From: Eledone cirrhosa
Taxonomy: Eukaryota
Reading direction: 5' to 3'
DNA: 64,000 bases
NCBI GenBank assembly: GCA_964016885.1
Contig: OZ024742.1
Coordinates: 41,540,001 to 41,604,000, forward strand
Position 1 is the stretch's first letter; each line of letters opens with the position of its first letter. The position numbers and the translations under genes were made by a program. This document shows, piece after piece, positions 13,938 through 27,150 of this stretch. The notes under the pieces were generated by a model. The model worked only from the letters and a program-made list of their open reading frames with translations, did no database searches and was not told the origin of the DNA.

Positions 13938-14088
13938 AATAATAACTGAAGTGAACTGTCAGGTAGACTGTCTATGTGGAGTCTAGTAGTCTCTTGTTGG
14001 TAGTTCAGAATTACGTCAAGTAAATACCTTAAGTGTTACCCTCATTTCGTACAGATATACAAACAGGTGTGTCACACCACTATAACAA

Positions 14089-14487
<399 letters not shown>

Positions 14488-14517
14488 AGATCAAAAGATG
14501 GTTAAAAGAGTTCCATG

Positions 14518-14588
14518 TATTTTATTATGCGCATTTCAAAAACAAATATCATCATGCAATAACATTTGTGTTTTCATCAGATAAAATA
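14518..14588 (-). ncRNA. Type I hammerhead ribozyme motif (mirror copy)
   Basis: Reverse complement of 14684-14754. Confidence 0.75.
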
Positions 14589-14683
14589 GGAAGACATGAT
14601 ATGAAGGTTAAAATACACTTGTGAATAGTGCAGTTTTAAATCAACATATGTATGTGTATTTTAACCTTCATATCATGTCTTCC

Positions 14684-14754
14684 TATTTTATCTGATGAAA
14701 ACACAAATGTTATTGCATGATGATATTTGTTTTTGAAATGCGCATAATAAAATA
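14684..14754 (+). ncRNA. Type I hammerhead ribozyme motif
   Basis: TATTTTAT-CTGATGA-stem II (AAACACAAATGT/ATATTTGTTTTT)-GAAAT-gcgc-ATA-ATAAAATA; 8-bp stem I and palindromic loop III. Confidence 0.75.
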
Positions 14755-14879
14755 CATGGAACTCATTTAACCATCTTTTGATCTTATATATTATGTATAC
14801 TCCAGTCCTACAAATTGTAGAGTGCTTCTTATCCGATATCTGCATTGCTTTATTGTACTACAATAAAACTCACCTCCTA

Positions 14880-16650
<1,771 letters not shown>

Positions 16651-16718
16651 TTATATATATATTTCGTTTATGAATTTGTTTAGCAAGATTCTTTATCTGA
16701 AAACGTGTGTTGAAACCG

Positions 16719-17181
16719 ATATTGTTATGCTTTGGGAGGGTCATGTTGCCAATAAGAAACACACGCACCAGTTGCTTTCACTCCAATTTATTATAAACAG
16801 ACACACACATAGAACAAACAACCAACCAGTAACATGTAAATAAACAAATAAATAAACAAATATAAACACACACAGACACCCGGATGTAACACATGCGCAA
16901 ACTAAGCACACGACACATACAAAAACAAGATGGCGTAGGACAGAACAAAAGAGAGGCACAAAAACAAAGAAAAGAATCCCCAGTCACTGAAGAGGTCACA
17001 GAATGTGTGACGAAAGAACTTTGACAATATATGAACAACCGTCCGGTTATGGAACCAACCAACCAACCGGAAATTTATAAATTCTTCAATTCATAAATTT
17101 AATTTATAATAAATTGGAGTGAAAGCAACTGGTGTGTGTGTTTCTTATTGGCAACATGACTCTCCCAAAGCATAACAATAT
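16719..17181. mobile_element. Fold-back element (~79-bp inverted arms) with internal hammerhead-like motif
   Basis: 16719-16797 vs 17103-17181 inverted; motif at 16983-17025. Confidence 0.65.
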
Positions 17182-17192
17182 ATATATATATA

Positions 17193-18142
17193 ATTTAATA
17201 CATTAACAGAGAAAGCCTTAAGCGATACTCTGACCAACTCCATCTGACTCAACAAACACTAGGATATACCTAAGTATTCTCCCAATTTACTGTTTGGGGT
17301 GCTAACTAATCAGTATTTCGTGGATAGTTGGTTGTATTATTTTATATGGGACATAATTAAATAAATATCTCTTTCCTTCCAGACGATCGTTTCGTTATAA
17401 GATTTCTACAATTTGAGATAAATAATGTCCAGGTGGTTATGTAGAAACTTGTATATAATCCGTAGTCTTATACACAAGCGGGCACTTATAAACTCATCAG
17501 TGGATGTCCAAATAATATCGATATAAAAATTACATTCACATTAATAAATTAGTGATGGTCTCCTTCAGCACTAAAGAGACTGCTAGATTCGAAAGGCCAG
17601 CAGTCCTTATAAAGATAAGATACACGCTGCCCCCAAGAGGGTAAGGGGAGGTCATCTTAAAATATAAAACAATATACACGCTGGTCATTTAAACCTGTTA
17701 GGTATTAACCACGTGTTTAAGAACTCAATTGGATATTAAAAGAATAACTATATGTATACACGATCAATGCACACATAGATATATTAAAATATAATAAATA
17801 CATGTATGGATCACCTATATACACACATAGTTATTCTCTAAGGCTAAAAGATCAGACATGGGATACAAGGAAGATCAATCAGTATTTCATATATAAAAAA
17901 TAATAATAATAATAAAGAGAGTCATACCTTATATCTGGAAATCATATCTGGCCACCAAGAGTATATATTTAATACATTAACAGAGAAAGCCTTAAGCGAT
18001 ACTCTGACCAACTCCATCTGACTCAACAAACATTAGGATATACCTAAGTATTCTCCCAATTTACTGTTTGGGGTGCTAACTACTCAGTATTTAGTGGATA
18101 GCTGGTTGTATTATTTTATATGAGACATAATTAAATAAATAT
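17193..18142 (-). mobile_element. Non-coding element with 176-bp direct repeats and a hammerhead (PLE/retrozyme-like)
   Basis: 17193-17368 is nearly identical to 17967-18142; flanked by (TA)n. Confidence 0.7.
17378..17504 (-). ncRNA. Type I hammerhead ribozyme motif with extended stem II
   Basis: Minus strand TCCA-CTGATGA-GTTTATAAG..CTTATAAC-GAAAC-gatc-GTC-TGGA. Confidence 0.78.
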
Positions 18143-18415
18143 ATATATGCATATATATATATGTATATATATATATATGTATATAATATAAAACGAAAAA
18201 TCAGTGATGCATCTGAACTCAATTTATTGTGTGTTACAATTGTTTCGCCGGTGGACAGCTCGAGACACGATCATTGTGTGGATCTGTCTGATTCTGGATC
18301 CGCAGGTTCGACGGACACGTCTAATGATTTCGGAGCAAATTCTTTCACTGGGGTGTTAGCGTCAAAAACTTTATCCTCTTCGCGTGTATGTTATTGGCCG
18401 CTGGTTCTCTACGTC

Positions 18416-18458
<43 letters not shown>

Positions 18459-18470
18459 TTAATATAGAAG

Positions 18471-18521
18471 AGCTTCTACAGGACTAGAACTGTTTCATTC
18501 ATGAGAAATCATCAGGAAGCT
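18471..18521 (-). ncRNA. Type I hammerhead motif (mirror of 19415-19465)
   Basis: Reverse complement of the plus-strand copy. Confidence 0.65.
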
Positions 18522-19150
18522 GACTGTCCAAGTAAATTTGGTGGTATTTATATTTTTTCTGGTGGTAGGAGAGGGTGGGGAGTGAGATGGGTGGAGGTCA
18601 TTGGTTGAAAGAGTAGGGAATTCTTTAAAAGCTAATTCTTTAAGGCTATAATTTATATTTAGAGTGACAAAGGCAGAAAGAATTTTATAAACAAGTTCAA
18701 ATTGGAGTGCCACTCCTTACTTTTAAGTCTCTCTTAAGCTAACAATGCCTATATTTCAGGTGTCTACAAGATGGGTGGAGGTCAGTCATGGTTGGTGGGT
18801 TTAAAGAAAGGGGAATTCTTTAAAAGCTAATTCTTTAAAGCTTTACTTAGAGTGACAAAGGCAGAAAGAATTCTATAAACAAGTTCAAATTTGGGGTGCC
18901 TCTCCTTACTGTCAAGTTTCACTTAAGCTATATTTCAGGTGTCTACAAGCACATTCACACACACACACACAGATATATATATATACATATACACACACAC
19001 ATATACATACATATATACATATATATATATCAATAAAACAGGGAAAACCACCAGTGTATGGAATCTATACTCTATGGAAGGCAGGGTAGACACATAATAA
19101 TTAAAAATATAAATTAAAATGTATATATGCACCTCTATAACTATATAACA

Positions 19151-19231
19151 CACGCGTACAAATCCAAAGAGATCTGTTTCGCCAGGAGGTAGTTGACTGA
19201 AATGGAATAGCCTATGGTTCATCAGCGTGTG
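19151..19231 (-). ncRNA. Type I hammerhead motif, slightly degenerate
   Basis: CACACG-CTGATGA-ACCA..TGGC-GAAAC-AGATC..GATTT-GTA-CGCGTG; one mismatch in stem I and one at the base of stem II. Confidence 0.62.
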
Positions 19232-19414
19232 CAAGACTATATATTCCAGACAATTCTAAGAGAATCTAGGGCAGTGAACCAGTGGTGTCTGAGGGACAAG
19301 CTGCTAGAGAGGGCAGCCCAAAAACCACTCGAAGTGTGCTCAACCAAACAGAGAGAGAGGAAAGACTGTTATATATACATATATATATACATATATATAT
19401 ACTCATATATAGTC

Positions 19415-19465
19415 AGCTTCCTGATGATTTCTCATGAATGAAACAGTTCTAGTCCTGTAGAAGCT
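19415..19465 (+). ncRNA. Type I hammerhead motif
   Basis: AGCTTC-CTGATGA-TTTCTCATGAAT-GAAACAG..CTGTA-GAAGCT; stem II is weak with a U-U pair at its base. Confidence 0.65.
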
Positions 19466-19546
19466 CTTCTATATTAAAACTTTTATACTCTGCAATGTAT
19501 TGAGTACTTTACTTACTGTGGTTACCTCCGATTCAACCCGGGATAA

Positions 19547-19599
<53 letters not shown>

Positions 19600-20825
19600 A
19601 ATGAGTGAAGAATAACGTGGTCAATTATTTCATTAGTCCAGTGTGACGTAGCATCTTATGAACAGCTATTTTTAGACACACTGGACTAATGAAGCAATTG
19701 TTAATACTGTAAATAAACCCTATTGTACAGCCGACCATGTTATTCTTCACTCTTTTGCTATTATTACTCCAAGAACCGCTTATGTAGGAACTTTTTTAAA
19801 TCGGCCACCCGACTAAGGAAACTTCTTGTTGAGTCAAACAACGCCGAATGTTAAAACTATCCTCGACACAGAGTACTCATAACCTCTAGCTGGATTACCT
19901 TAAACGATATCTCGTTAAACTTATATATGTATTTATATATAGGTGTGTGTGTGTATATATATATATATATGTGTGTATATATATGTGTGTGTATATATAT
20001 GTATGTATACGGATACACATATTTTACATTACACATTATATTGTGTCATATTTGTTATATTACATTATATAGCTTACTAGATGATCACTAGCTTAAAACT
20101 AATGAAAAGCAGTGGGACTGAAGCGAGACGCAAGTTTTCTTATACAGCCAACCACCAACTCATCTGTGTGTTCAGCGAAGCATTGTCACATAAACTTCCT
20201 CCAGGCTAGCCTTATTATGTAAGTACTATTGTTATACATTCTTACCTGGGAAAATACTAATAACTCTGAGAAGCAGTTTTGTAAGAGACATGTTGGTAAT
20301 TTATTTGTCAGGCAATTGCAGCAACATTTGTTACAATATATCTAATAAAAGTCACTACCTAAAATTTTCAATTAATTTTGAAGGTTTTAGTAATGTAACT
20401 AATTTTCTTAATTCTAACCTGGTGTTTGGGACATAACCCAAATGTTTATCATCATCATCACCATTTTGCATATATTTTCCATGCTTGCATGGTTTAGACA
20501 GGTTGTCATATTCTGATATTTGATAGGTCAAATGATAACGGCATGCTTATATGTTTCATTTTGGATTGATTTCTGTGACTGGATGTCTTTCCTAATGTCA
20601 ACTACTCTACAGCATATAAATATATAGTCTTGAATTAGCTTTAAAATGGAAAGGGCTCAGCCGTCGGGCCCGACTCTCTCTAATATACACTCTACTATCC
20701 CAAGTATTGAGTACTCTGCTGAATAATCATCTTACTAGTTTAAAACTGGTAAAATCCTGATGTATACTCACTTTAACAGCATTCTAATAAATATTGCCTG
20801 TACTGGTAATCAAAGTGTGTATACA

Positions 20826-21208
20826 TTTTAAAATAATACGGTTTGCCTGTCTCGATTTAAAATAATAAATCAATAAAAACAAACCTATATTGGCAATGGC
20901 CGTGATACCCGGACAAATTCTAAATTTGTTTCGCAACAATTAAGTGAAAGTTACTATTCCTGTGCTCTTCTGCGGGTATTTAGAAATTGTGCGTTCAACA
21001 AGACATTCTCTCAGTCTTCTTAAGTATTTTGAAATGAAACCTACCAATTTCTAAATACCCGCAGAAGAGCACAGGAATAGTAACTTTCACTTAATTGTTG
21101 CGAAACAAATTTAGAATTTGTCCGGGTATCACGGCCATTGCCAATATAGGTTTGTTTTTATTGATTTATTATTTTAAATCGAGACATGCAAACCGTATTA
21201 TTTTAAAT
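20826..21208. mobile_element. Fold-back element (~163-bp near-perfect inverted arms)
   Basis: 20826-20989 vs 21045-21208; each arm has a hammerhead variant. Confidence 0.85.
21055..21129 (+). ncRNA. Hammerhead motif with CAGAAGA core variant (mirror copy at 20905-20979, minus)
   Basis: ATACCCG-CAGAAGA-GCA..TGC-GAAAC-AAATT-tag-AATTT-GTC-CGGGTAT. Confidence 0.6.
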
Positions 21209-21376
21209 AGTATTTTTCAATCTAGCTAACTTGGTCATTTGCAATACGAACACATGTAGACTTGTATCAGTGTTTATCCCTCTCATATATTCATTTGTAT
21301 AACACGGCTCGGAAATATTCCCTTCTTTGAGCTATTTAATTGTAAAAGACTATTTTGAATTTATAACTCTATATAT

Positions 21377-21430
<54 letters not shown>

Positions 21431-21433
<3 letters not shown>

Positions 21434-21620
21434 TCATCATCATCATTTAACATCTATCCATTTTCCATGCTAGCATGTGTAGATCAGGCTGTCCCTTTGT
21501 GAGAGATCAGGTCAGAGAACCGTGTTTCGCACACACAGAACTGATTTTGGCTTGGTTTCTATGGCTGGATGCCCTTCCTAACGCCAACCACATTTACGGT
21601 GTGTGCTGGGTGCTTTTTGT
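21431..21620 (-). mobile_element. RTE 3' UTR fragment with (GAT)n tail
   Basis: GGCTGGATGCCCTTCCTAAC is the reverse complement of the 24220-24240 motif; similar fragments near 20450 and 34945. Confidence 0.7.
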
Positions 21621-23813
21621 TATGATGGAAAGTACTATGTGAGATATTTGGTTCTCATAATTAGCGACCTCATAGTCAGAACGAGACGTACTCGACAACA
21701 GAAGAGGATTATCCTCAGGAGAAAAATATGGAAGCTAAAGGACCCCACAGCCAGTAATAAATTTAAAAGCATATTACTTGATGCTTTCGACAGTAAGGAA
21801 GAGCAATTAGAGTCGTACAATATAGAGGAACAGTGGGAATTCCTGAAAGCAAACCTGCTGATGGCGGCAAATGAAGTCTGTGGCTGGAGCAGGCCTATAG
21901 GCAGGAGGAGAGTAACGTGGTGGTGGAACAGTAAGGTGGAGGAGTCAATTAAGGCCAAAAAGCAGGCTTGGAAAGTATGGCGGGATGGGGGAAGTAGAGA
22001 AGACTATCAAGTGGCCAGGAGGGAAGCTAGGAGACGAGTGTACTTCGCAAGAAGAGAAGCAGAGGAAAGAAAGTTCAAGCATGTTCTACAACGCGAGGAC
22101 CAAAAACGTGAGGTGTTCAGGATTGCTAGGCAATGTGTCAAGGAAAACCGTGATATTGTCGGGGAGAAGTGTGTCCTTAATGTTGATGGTGTACTTGCCA
22201 TCACTGACGCTGATAAGAAGGTAGCTTGGAAGTGTCACTACGAAAGGCTACTAAATGAGAATAAATGGGAGAAAGACAGTCTCCCCCACATCGATCCAAT
22301 AGAGGGACCAGCAGTGTTAGTCGAAGGTAGTATAATAAGTAAGGCAATCAAAGATAGGAAGACGGGTAAGGCGGCTGGGCCTTCGGAAATAGTTGCTGAA
22401 ATGCTGAAAGCTTCTGGAACGGTGGGACACACTATGGTCACCCGGATAGTAAACCAAGTCATACAGAATGGGGTTGTTCCGAAGGACTGGCATAGCAGCA
22501 TCATCATTAACTGCTACAAAGGTAAAGGAGATGCCCTAGATAGGGGTAACTATAGAGGCATTAAATTAATCGACCAGGTCATGAAGGTCACAGAAAAAGT
22601 AATAGCACAACTAATCAGAGAGCGAATTGATCTAGATGAAATGCAGTTCGGGTTTGTGTCAGGTAAAAGTAGCACAGACGCTCTTTTCATTGTACGACAA
22701 CTACAGGAGAAGTACCTAGCTAAAAGTAAACTCCTATACTTAGCTTTTGTCGACTTGGAGAAAGCCTTTGACAGAGTCCCCCGTTCCATTATCTGGTGGG
22801 CTCTTAGAAAATTAGCTGTTGATGAATGGCTTGTGAGAGCTATACAAGCCATGTATAAAGAAACAGTCAGCAAGGTTAGAATTAACAAGGAATATAGTGA
22901 AGAGTTTAGCGTAAAAGTTGGTGTTCATCAGGGCTCCGTTCTTAGCCCCATACTATTTATTATTGCCCTTCAGGCTATAACAGTGGAGTTCAAGACCGGC
23001 TGCTCATGGGAACTCCTATATGCAGATGATCTAACGCTCATAGCTGAATCAATGGCTGAACTAGAGAAGAAATTCCAAACATGGAAGCATGGCCTAGAAT
23101 CAAAAGGCCTTAAAATTAACCTGTCTAAGACTAAAGTTCTAGTTTGTAGGAAGGAAAATAGGGCACCAGTCCCATCCGGGAAATGGCTATGCTCAGTGTG
23201 TAGGAAAGGAGTAGGTAGAAACTCCATTTTATGTCCCAAATACAAAGTATGGGTGCATAAAAGATGTAGTGGGATCACAGGTAAGCTAACTAAGAATATA
23301 GATTTTATATGTGGCCGGTGCTCTGGTGCAATAAGTAGCAGCAAGTGCCCACAGAATACTAGCTCATTCCATTGCACAGATGGTTCTAGAGAAATAGTGG
23401 ACACCTTCCGTTACTTGGGTGACAAAATCAGCAGTGGTGGAGGGTGCTCTGGAAGTACAGTAGCTAGAGTCAGAACTGGATGGAAAAAGTTCAGAGAGCT
23501 TATACCACTATTAGACGCTAAAGGGTTCTCTCTAAAAATGAAAGGCAGGCTGTATGATGCCTGCATACGAACAGCAATGTTACATGGCAGTGAGACCTTG
23601 GCATTGTGTGCAGAGGATATACGCAGACTGGAGAGGAACGAAGCTTGCATGCTCCGCTGGATGTGTAATAGTAATATACGTGAACGGCAAAGCATAAACA
23701 AACTAAGGGAAAAATTAGAAATAAGAGGGATCAGATGTTGTTTACTCGAGAGAAGACTACGTTGGTGTGGTCACGTGATGCGCATGAAAGACGACAGCTG
23801 TATAAAAAAGTGA
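21603..23813 (+). CDS. RTE ORF2 reverse transcriptase (N-terminally truncated) with an inserted PHD-like Cys/His module
   Basis: NYRGIKL, QFGF, AFVDLEKAFDRVP, GVHQGSVLSP, LLYADD, FRYLG motifs; first ~20 codons derive from flanking sequence; stop at 23813 is premature. Confidence 0.85.
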   Translation: MLGAFCYDGKYYVRYLVLIISDLIVRTRRTRQQKRIILRRKIWKLKDPTASNKFKSILLDAFDSKEEQLESYNIEEQWEFLKANLLMAANEVCGWSRPIGRRRVTWWWNSKVEESIKAKKQAWKVWRDGGSREDYQVARREARRRVYFARREAEERKFKHVLQREDQKREVFRIARQCVKENRDIVGEKCVLNVDGVLAITDADKKVAWKCHYERLLNENKWEKDSLPHIDPIEGPAVLVEGSIISKAIKDRKTGKAAGPSEIVAEMLKASGTVGHTMVTRIVNQVIQNGVVPKDWHSSIIINCYKGKGDALDRGNYRGIKLIDQVMKVTEKVIAQLIRERIDLDEMQFGFVSGKSSTDALFIVRQLQEKYLAKSKLLYLAFVDLEKAFDRVPRSIIWWALRKLAVDEWLVRAIQAMYKETVSKVRINKEYSEEFSVKVGVHQGSVLSPILFIIALQAITVEFKTGCSWELLYADDLTLIAESMAELEKKFQTWKHGLESKGLKINLSKTKVLVCRKENRAPVPSGKWLCSVCRKGVGRNSILCPKYKVWVHKRCSGITGKLTKNIDFICGRCSGAISSSKCPQNTSSFHCTDGSREIVDTFRYLGDKISSGGGCSGSTVARVRTGWKKFRELIPLLDAKGFSLKMKGRLYDACIRTAMLHGSETLALCAEDIRRLERNEACMLRWMCNSNIRERQSINKLREKLEIRGIRCCLLERRLRWCGHVMRMKDDSCIKK

Positions 23814-24358
23814 AGGGCTATAAAAATAGACGGTAGCCACGGAGTAGGCAGACCCAGAAAAACCTGGGACGACTTGATAAATTCCGACCTCACACACTTA
23901 CACCTCTCCAAGACAATGTCACTGGACCGAGATCTTTGGCGCTACACAGTAATACAGAAGACCCGCCTTACCTAAGTACAAAGTGAAACCAACCACAGTC
24001 AGTAGGCACCTCTAACAAAAATACACCCCCATCCCACTACTCCACCCCATCCACACCACCCCTTTCAATGTAAAGTTATGTTGGTACCACAACATCCAGT
24101 CCGAAACAAATGAGGTCGTGTAGGTGTCACGACAAAAAACACACACAGTCCACGCTGTAATGTGGCCGTGTAGATAACACAGTAAAAACCTCCCAGTCCA
24201 CACTGTAAACGCGGTCGGTGTTAGGAAGGGCATCCAGCCGTAGAAAACCCGCCAGACAGTCCTATGCGAGCAAGACAACCACTCTTGCCTCAAGTGGGAA
24301 AACTCCCGTCCAAACCCATGCAAGCGTGGAAGATGGACGTTAAACGATGATGATGATA
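21660..24358 (+). mobile_element. 5'-truncated RTE-clade LINE
   Basis: RT ORF, GRPRKTW C-terminal motif after a premature stop, and a 3' UTR ending in (GAT)n within (TA)n. Confidence 0.9.
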
Positions 24359-24407
24359 TATATATACAATGATATTAAATAAATGGAAACTATATTTATA
24401 AAACCAT

Positions 24408-24468
24408 ATTCTATTATATATATATTTCAAGGGTACCAAAATTTTGGTACGCTATCATCTGATAAAAT
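24408..24468 (-). ncRNA. Degenerate hammerhead-like motif with CAGATGA core
   Basis: ATTTTAT-CAGATGA-..GTACCAAAATTTTGGTAC..-GAAAT-atatat-ATA-ATAGAAT. Confidence 0.4.
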
Positions 24469-26096
24469 ACAAAATGTTTTATAAATATTTGACGTAACCA
24501 AGGATAATATACCTTAACGGTTCAAGTTATCCCTAAACTGTTGAGTGCTCTAAATCAGCTATAAACATTTATATTTGTTGAATTACCAACAAATTGAATA
24601 TCCCTTCTGCTTATATATATATATATATGTTTGTATGTATTTATAGATAGATAGAGAGAGAGATACATAATATATTGGTCTATCATACCAGAGGGAACAA
24701 ATGAAAAAGCATTTAAGAAATTGTATCAAGAAATCAGATCTGTCAGTTTAATCTAGGAGGGATGACTAAACATTGACCCTTTTGTCATTATATTTTTTGT
24801 AAATGTCATTGCCTATGATTTTCAGTTAATTTCGAAAATAACCAAGAATTCGGAGAGATTTAGTTAAATACCTAATTAAAAAAAAAATGTTAATCTAATA
24901 GTTGGAACATAAATAAAGTTCTTAGATGATTTTTTAGACAAAATAAACAACTTTGTATCAACAAACCAAGGCCAATTTCACCTACATTGGTATCAAAAAT
25001 GTTAGGGCAGTCAGTGCCTGTCACACAATAAAAATACACAGGCAACATACTACCTCAGATGTTGCCCACTAAGAGCCAAATGACACTCATTCACTTTTCT
25101 TGAAGAATAATGCTGCCTATGAAATTAATTACACATTCGGGGGAAATTAGATCAGATCTACCAAAAGCCACTGCAGAGTACTGAACACTACCTAGTACCA
25201 TGTTCTAACAAAGAGAAGAATTATGTGGAGTCCTATCAACATGAATGTTAGCAGAACACATGGATGATACAAAATATGTGCCTGTAATCATTGTAATCAT
25301 TCCAGTCATGTATGGAACCCAAAAAAACCATATCTTTTTTGGTTTGTAACATATAAATCATTTAAAATTGTACTTGAAAATGACCCCCAGAAAACTTTGT
25401 GTCTATTTCAGAGTTATACTTGTCTAGCAAGTGATTTGATTGAAGACTGTGTTGAAACTAAAACAACTATTGTATGGAAGAGTCATTTTAGCTACATATA
25501 AAACACCAAAAAACTGTTAATTTTCCTTTGTTTAGTATCAAAATTTGTGTCAGTTGCAGTGGAACTGTGTCAGTGGCCAGGTTTCAGACAGTGCTATGAA
25601 AATTTTGATACCAAGAAATAAATGATAAATACTTTGTATGTGTATGTCTATATATGTGTGTGTTCAATAAACGAAAGAGAAACCGTATGTTACTAATGAT
25701 AACCTGGATGTATGTGATTTAAGTTGGGACCTGAAGAAGACCAAGTTAACAGGTCAGGAGGCAAGGCAGCAATACATTGCTGTGAATAGGAAGGTCAGGG
25801 AAAAAAATGAGGTAAGCCTAGGTGAAGTGAGTAACAGACCAGTCCAAAAACATGGAAACTAAAATGGCAATAGCATAGCTGCTTATAAAATATTATGGAA
25901 AAACCAAGGAACTCATTATCATTGTCATTGAAAATTATATCTCCATCCACTTTTTTTAATTTAAAAAAAAAAATTCTGTTTGTAAATATATACAGTTGAA
26001 TATGAAATTTTGAATCAATAAAATTATTTCTTAATATTTTCATTATTATTTTGTCTTTATTCATCTGTCAACAGGTCTGCTTTAGACAATATCATA

Positions 26097-26127
26097 ATGG
26101 ATTTTGATGATATCTGGGATAGTCCTG
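26097..26127 (+). CDS. ETS transcription factor, putative first coding exon (MDFDDIWDSP)
   Basis: Acceptor CAG at 26074, ATG at 26097, consensus donor GTAAGT at 26128; phase 1 fits the next exon; frame is open upstream so the protein may start earlier. Confidence 0.55.
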
Positions 26128-26152
26128 GTAAGTAAATATCTGTGTGTTGTAC

Positions 26153-26240
26153 AGTGAATATGTGTGTGCGTGATGCAGCGAATATGAGTGTGTGATGCAG
26201 TGAATATGAGTGTGTGATGCAGTGAATATGTGTGTATGAT
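26153..26240. repeat. 22-bp minisatellite, ~4 copies
   Basis: GTGAATATGAGTGTGTGATGCA units. Confidence 0.8.
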
Positions 26241-26399
26241 GTTGTATATGAGCTGTGTTCTTTGTGATATGAGTCCATGATGTGGTTCTGAATTCATACA
26301 TATTCCCAAATATCTTCAAAATTATTAAATACTATTTATTTCAATGTGAATATCTTATATTTTAGGTTCAGTAGTTAGATAGTACATCGTTCCTCCTCA

Positions 26400-27150
26400 G
26401 ATTGCCACCTTGTAGTGGTGAGAGTGCTTGTGTGTTCCAATGATCTCACAAGCTATGCCATCAGGAGTTATGTACTCCCGGTAGGGTCACCCATGGTGGA
26501 AAGGTTGTGTGAGAGGTTCCAGACTAAGTGCGATCAACCACAGAAGATTTCAGTGGTGGAGCAAGTGGAAGAAGAAGAAGGTATCATCACTCAATATCTA
26601 TGAAGACAGATGAAGGCTGCAGCATATTGTAATCCTAATTATCATGGATCTCCTTGCCGTTGTGACCAGTTTGAGGAATTGTCAAAGACTTGGTGTGCAT
26701 TGACACTTCCACACTACAATGCAAGAGTAGAAACAACAGAAGATGAAAAATGAAATTTACAGCTTACACTTCACGGACAATAGGCTCTGGAAGGAAACAT
26801 TAAAAAAACAGAATTATAAATTGCAATGCAAACTGAACCCTATTTATCAAATGTGCTGAACACATCACCAACACTGGTTTTTAACAAAACCCATTAAGTT
26901 TCCTAGCAATATTTTCTCTCCAGATACTTGGACCTACAGGATTAGGTACAAGTGTCTCGATGAGATTGTCAATATATACAACAAGCATTTTAAGACCATC
27001 TTCCTGCTTCAAGAACTGAGATATCAGAAATGCCACGAGAAATGATTATGAACAAGACTACTGCTGTACCAACTCTCCTTTATAGATTCAAAGCATGGAT
27101 ATCCTATCACTTCCATTTGAAAAGCTTCAGGTATTTTCATGAGCACTGAA
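26400..27150 (+). mobile_element. Old RTE/BovB-like element: 5' UTR plus ORF2 remnant, intronic
   Basis: CCACCTTGTAGTGGTGAG..GCTATGCC..GGTAGGGTCACCCATG resembles RTE-BovB/Expander 5' ends; VPTLLY..W remnant. Confidence 0.6.

Larger units (their letters stand above)
18455..19481. mobile_element. Element bounded by ~70-bp inverted hammerhead-containing arms
   Basis: 18455-18525 is the reverse complement of 19411-19481; internal ~170-bp tandem duplication at 18590-18950. Confidence 0.7.

Noticed and set aside
18225-18260. GAAAC-aatt-GTA half-hammerhead on the minus strand
   Set aside because: No CTGANGA partner nearby, so counted only as a fragment
21431-21620. Twin-priming 5' inversion of the RTE
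   Set aside because: The inverted piece is a diverged 3' tail from a separate insertion, not upstream sequence of the same element
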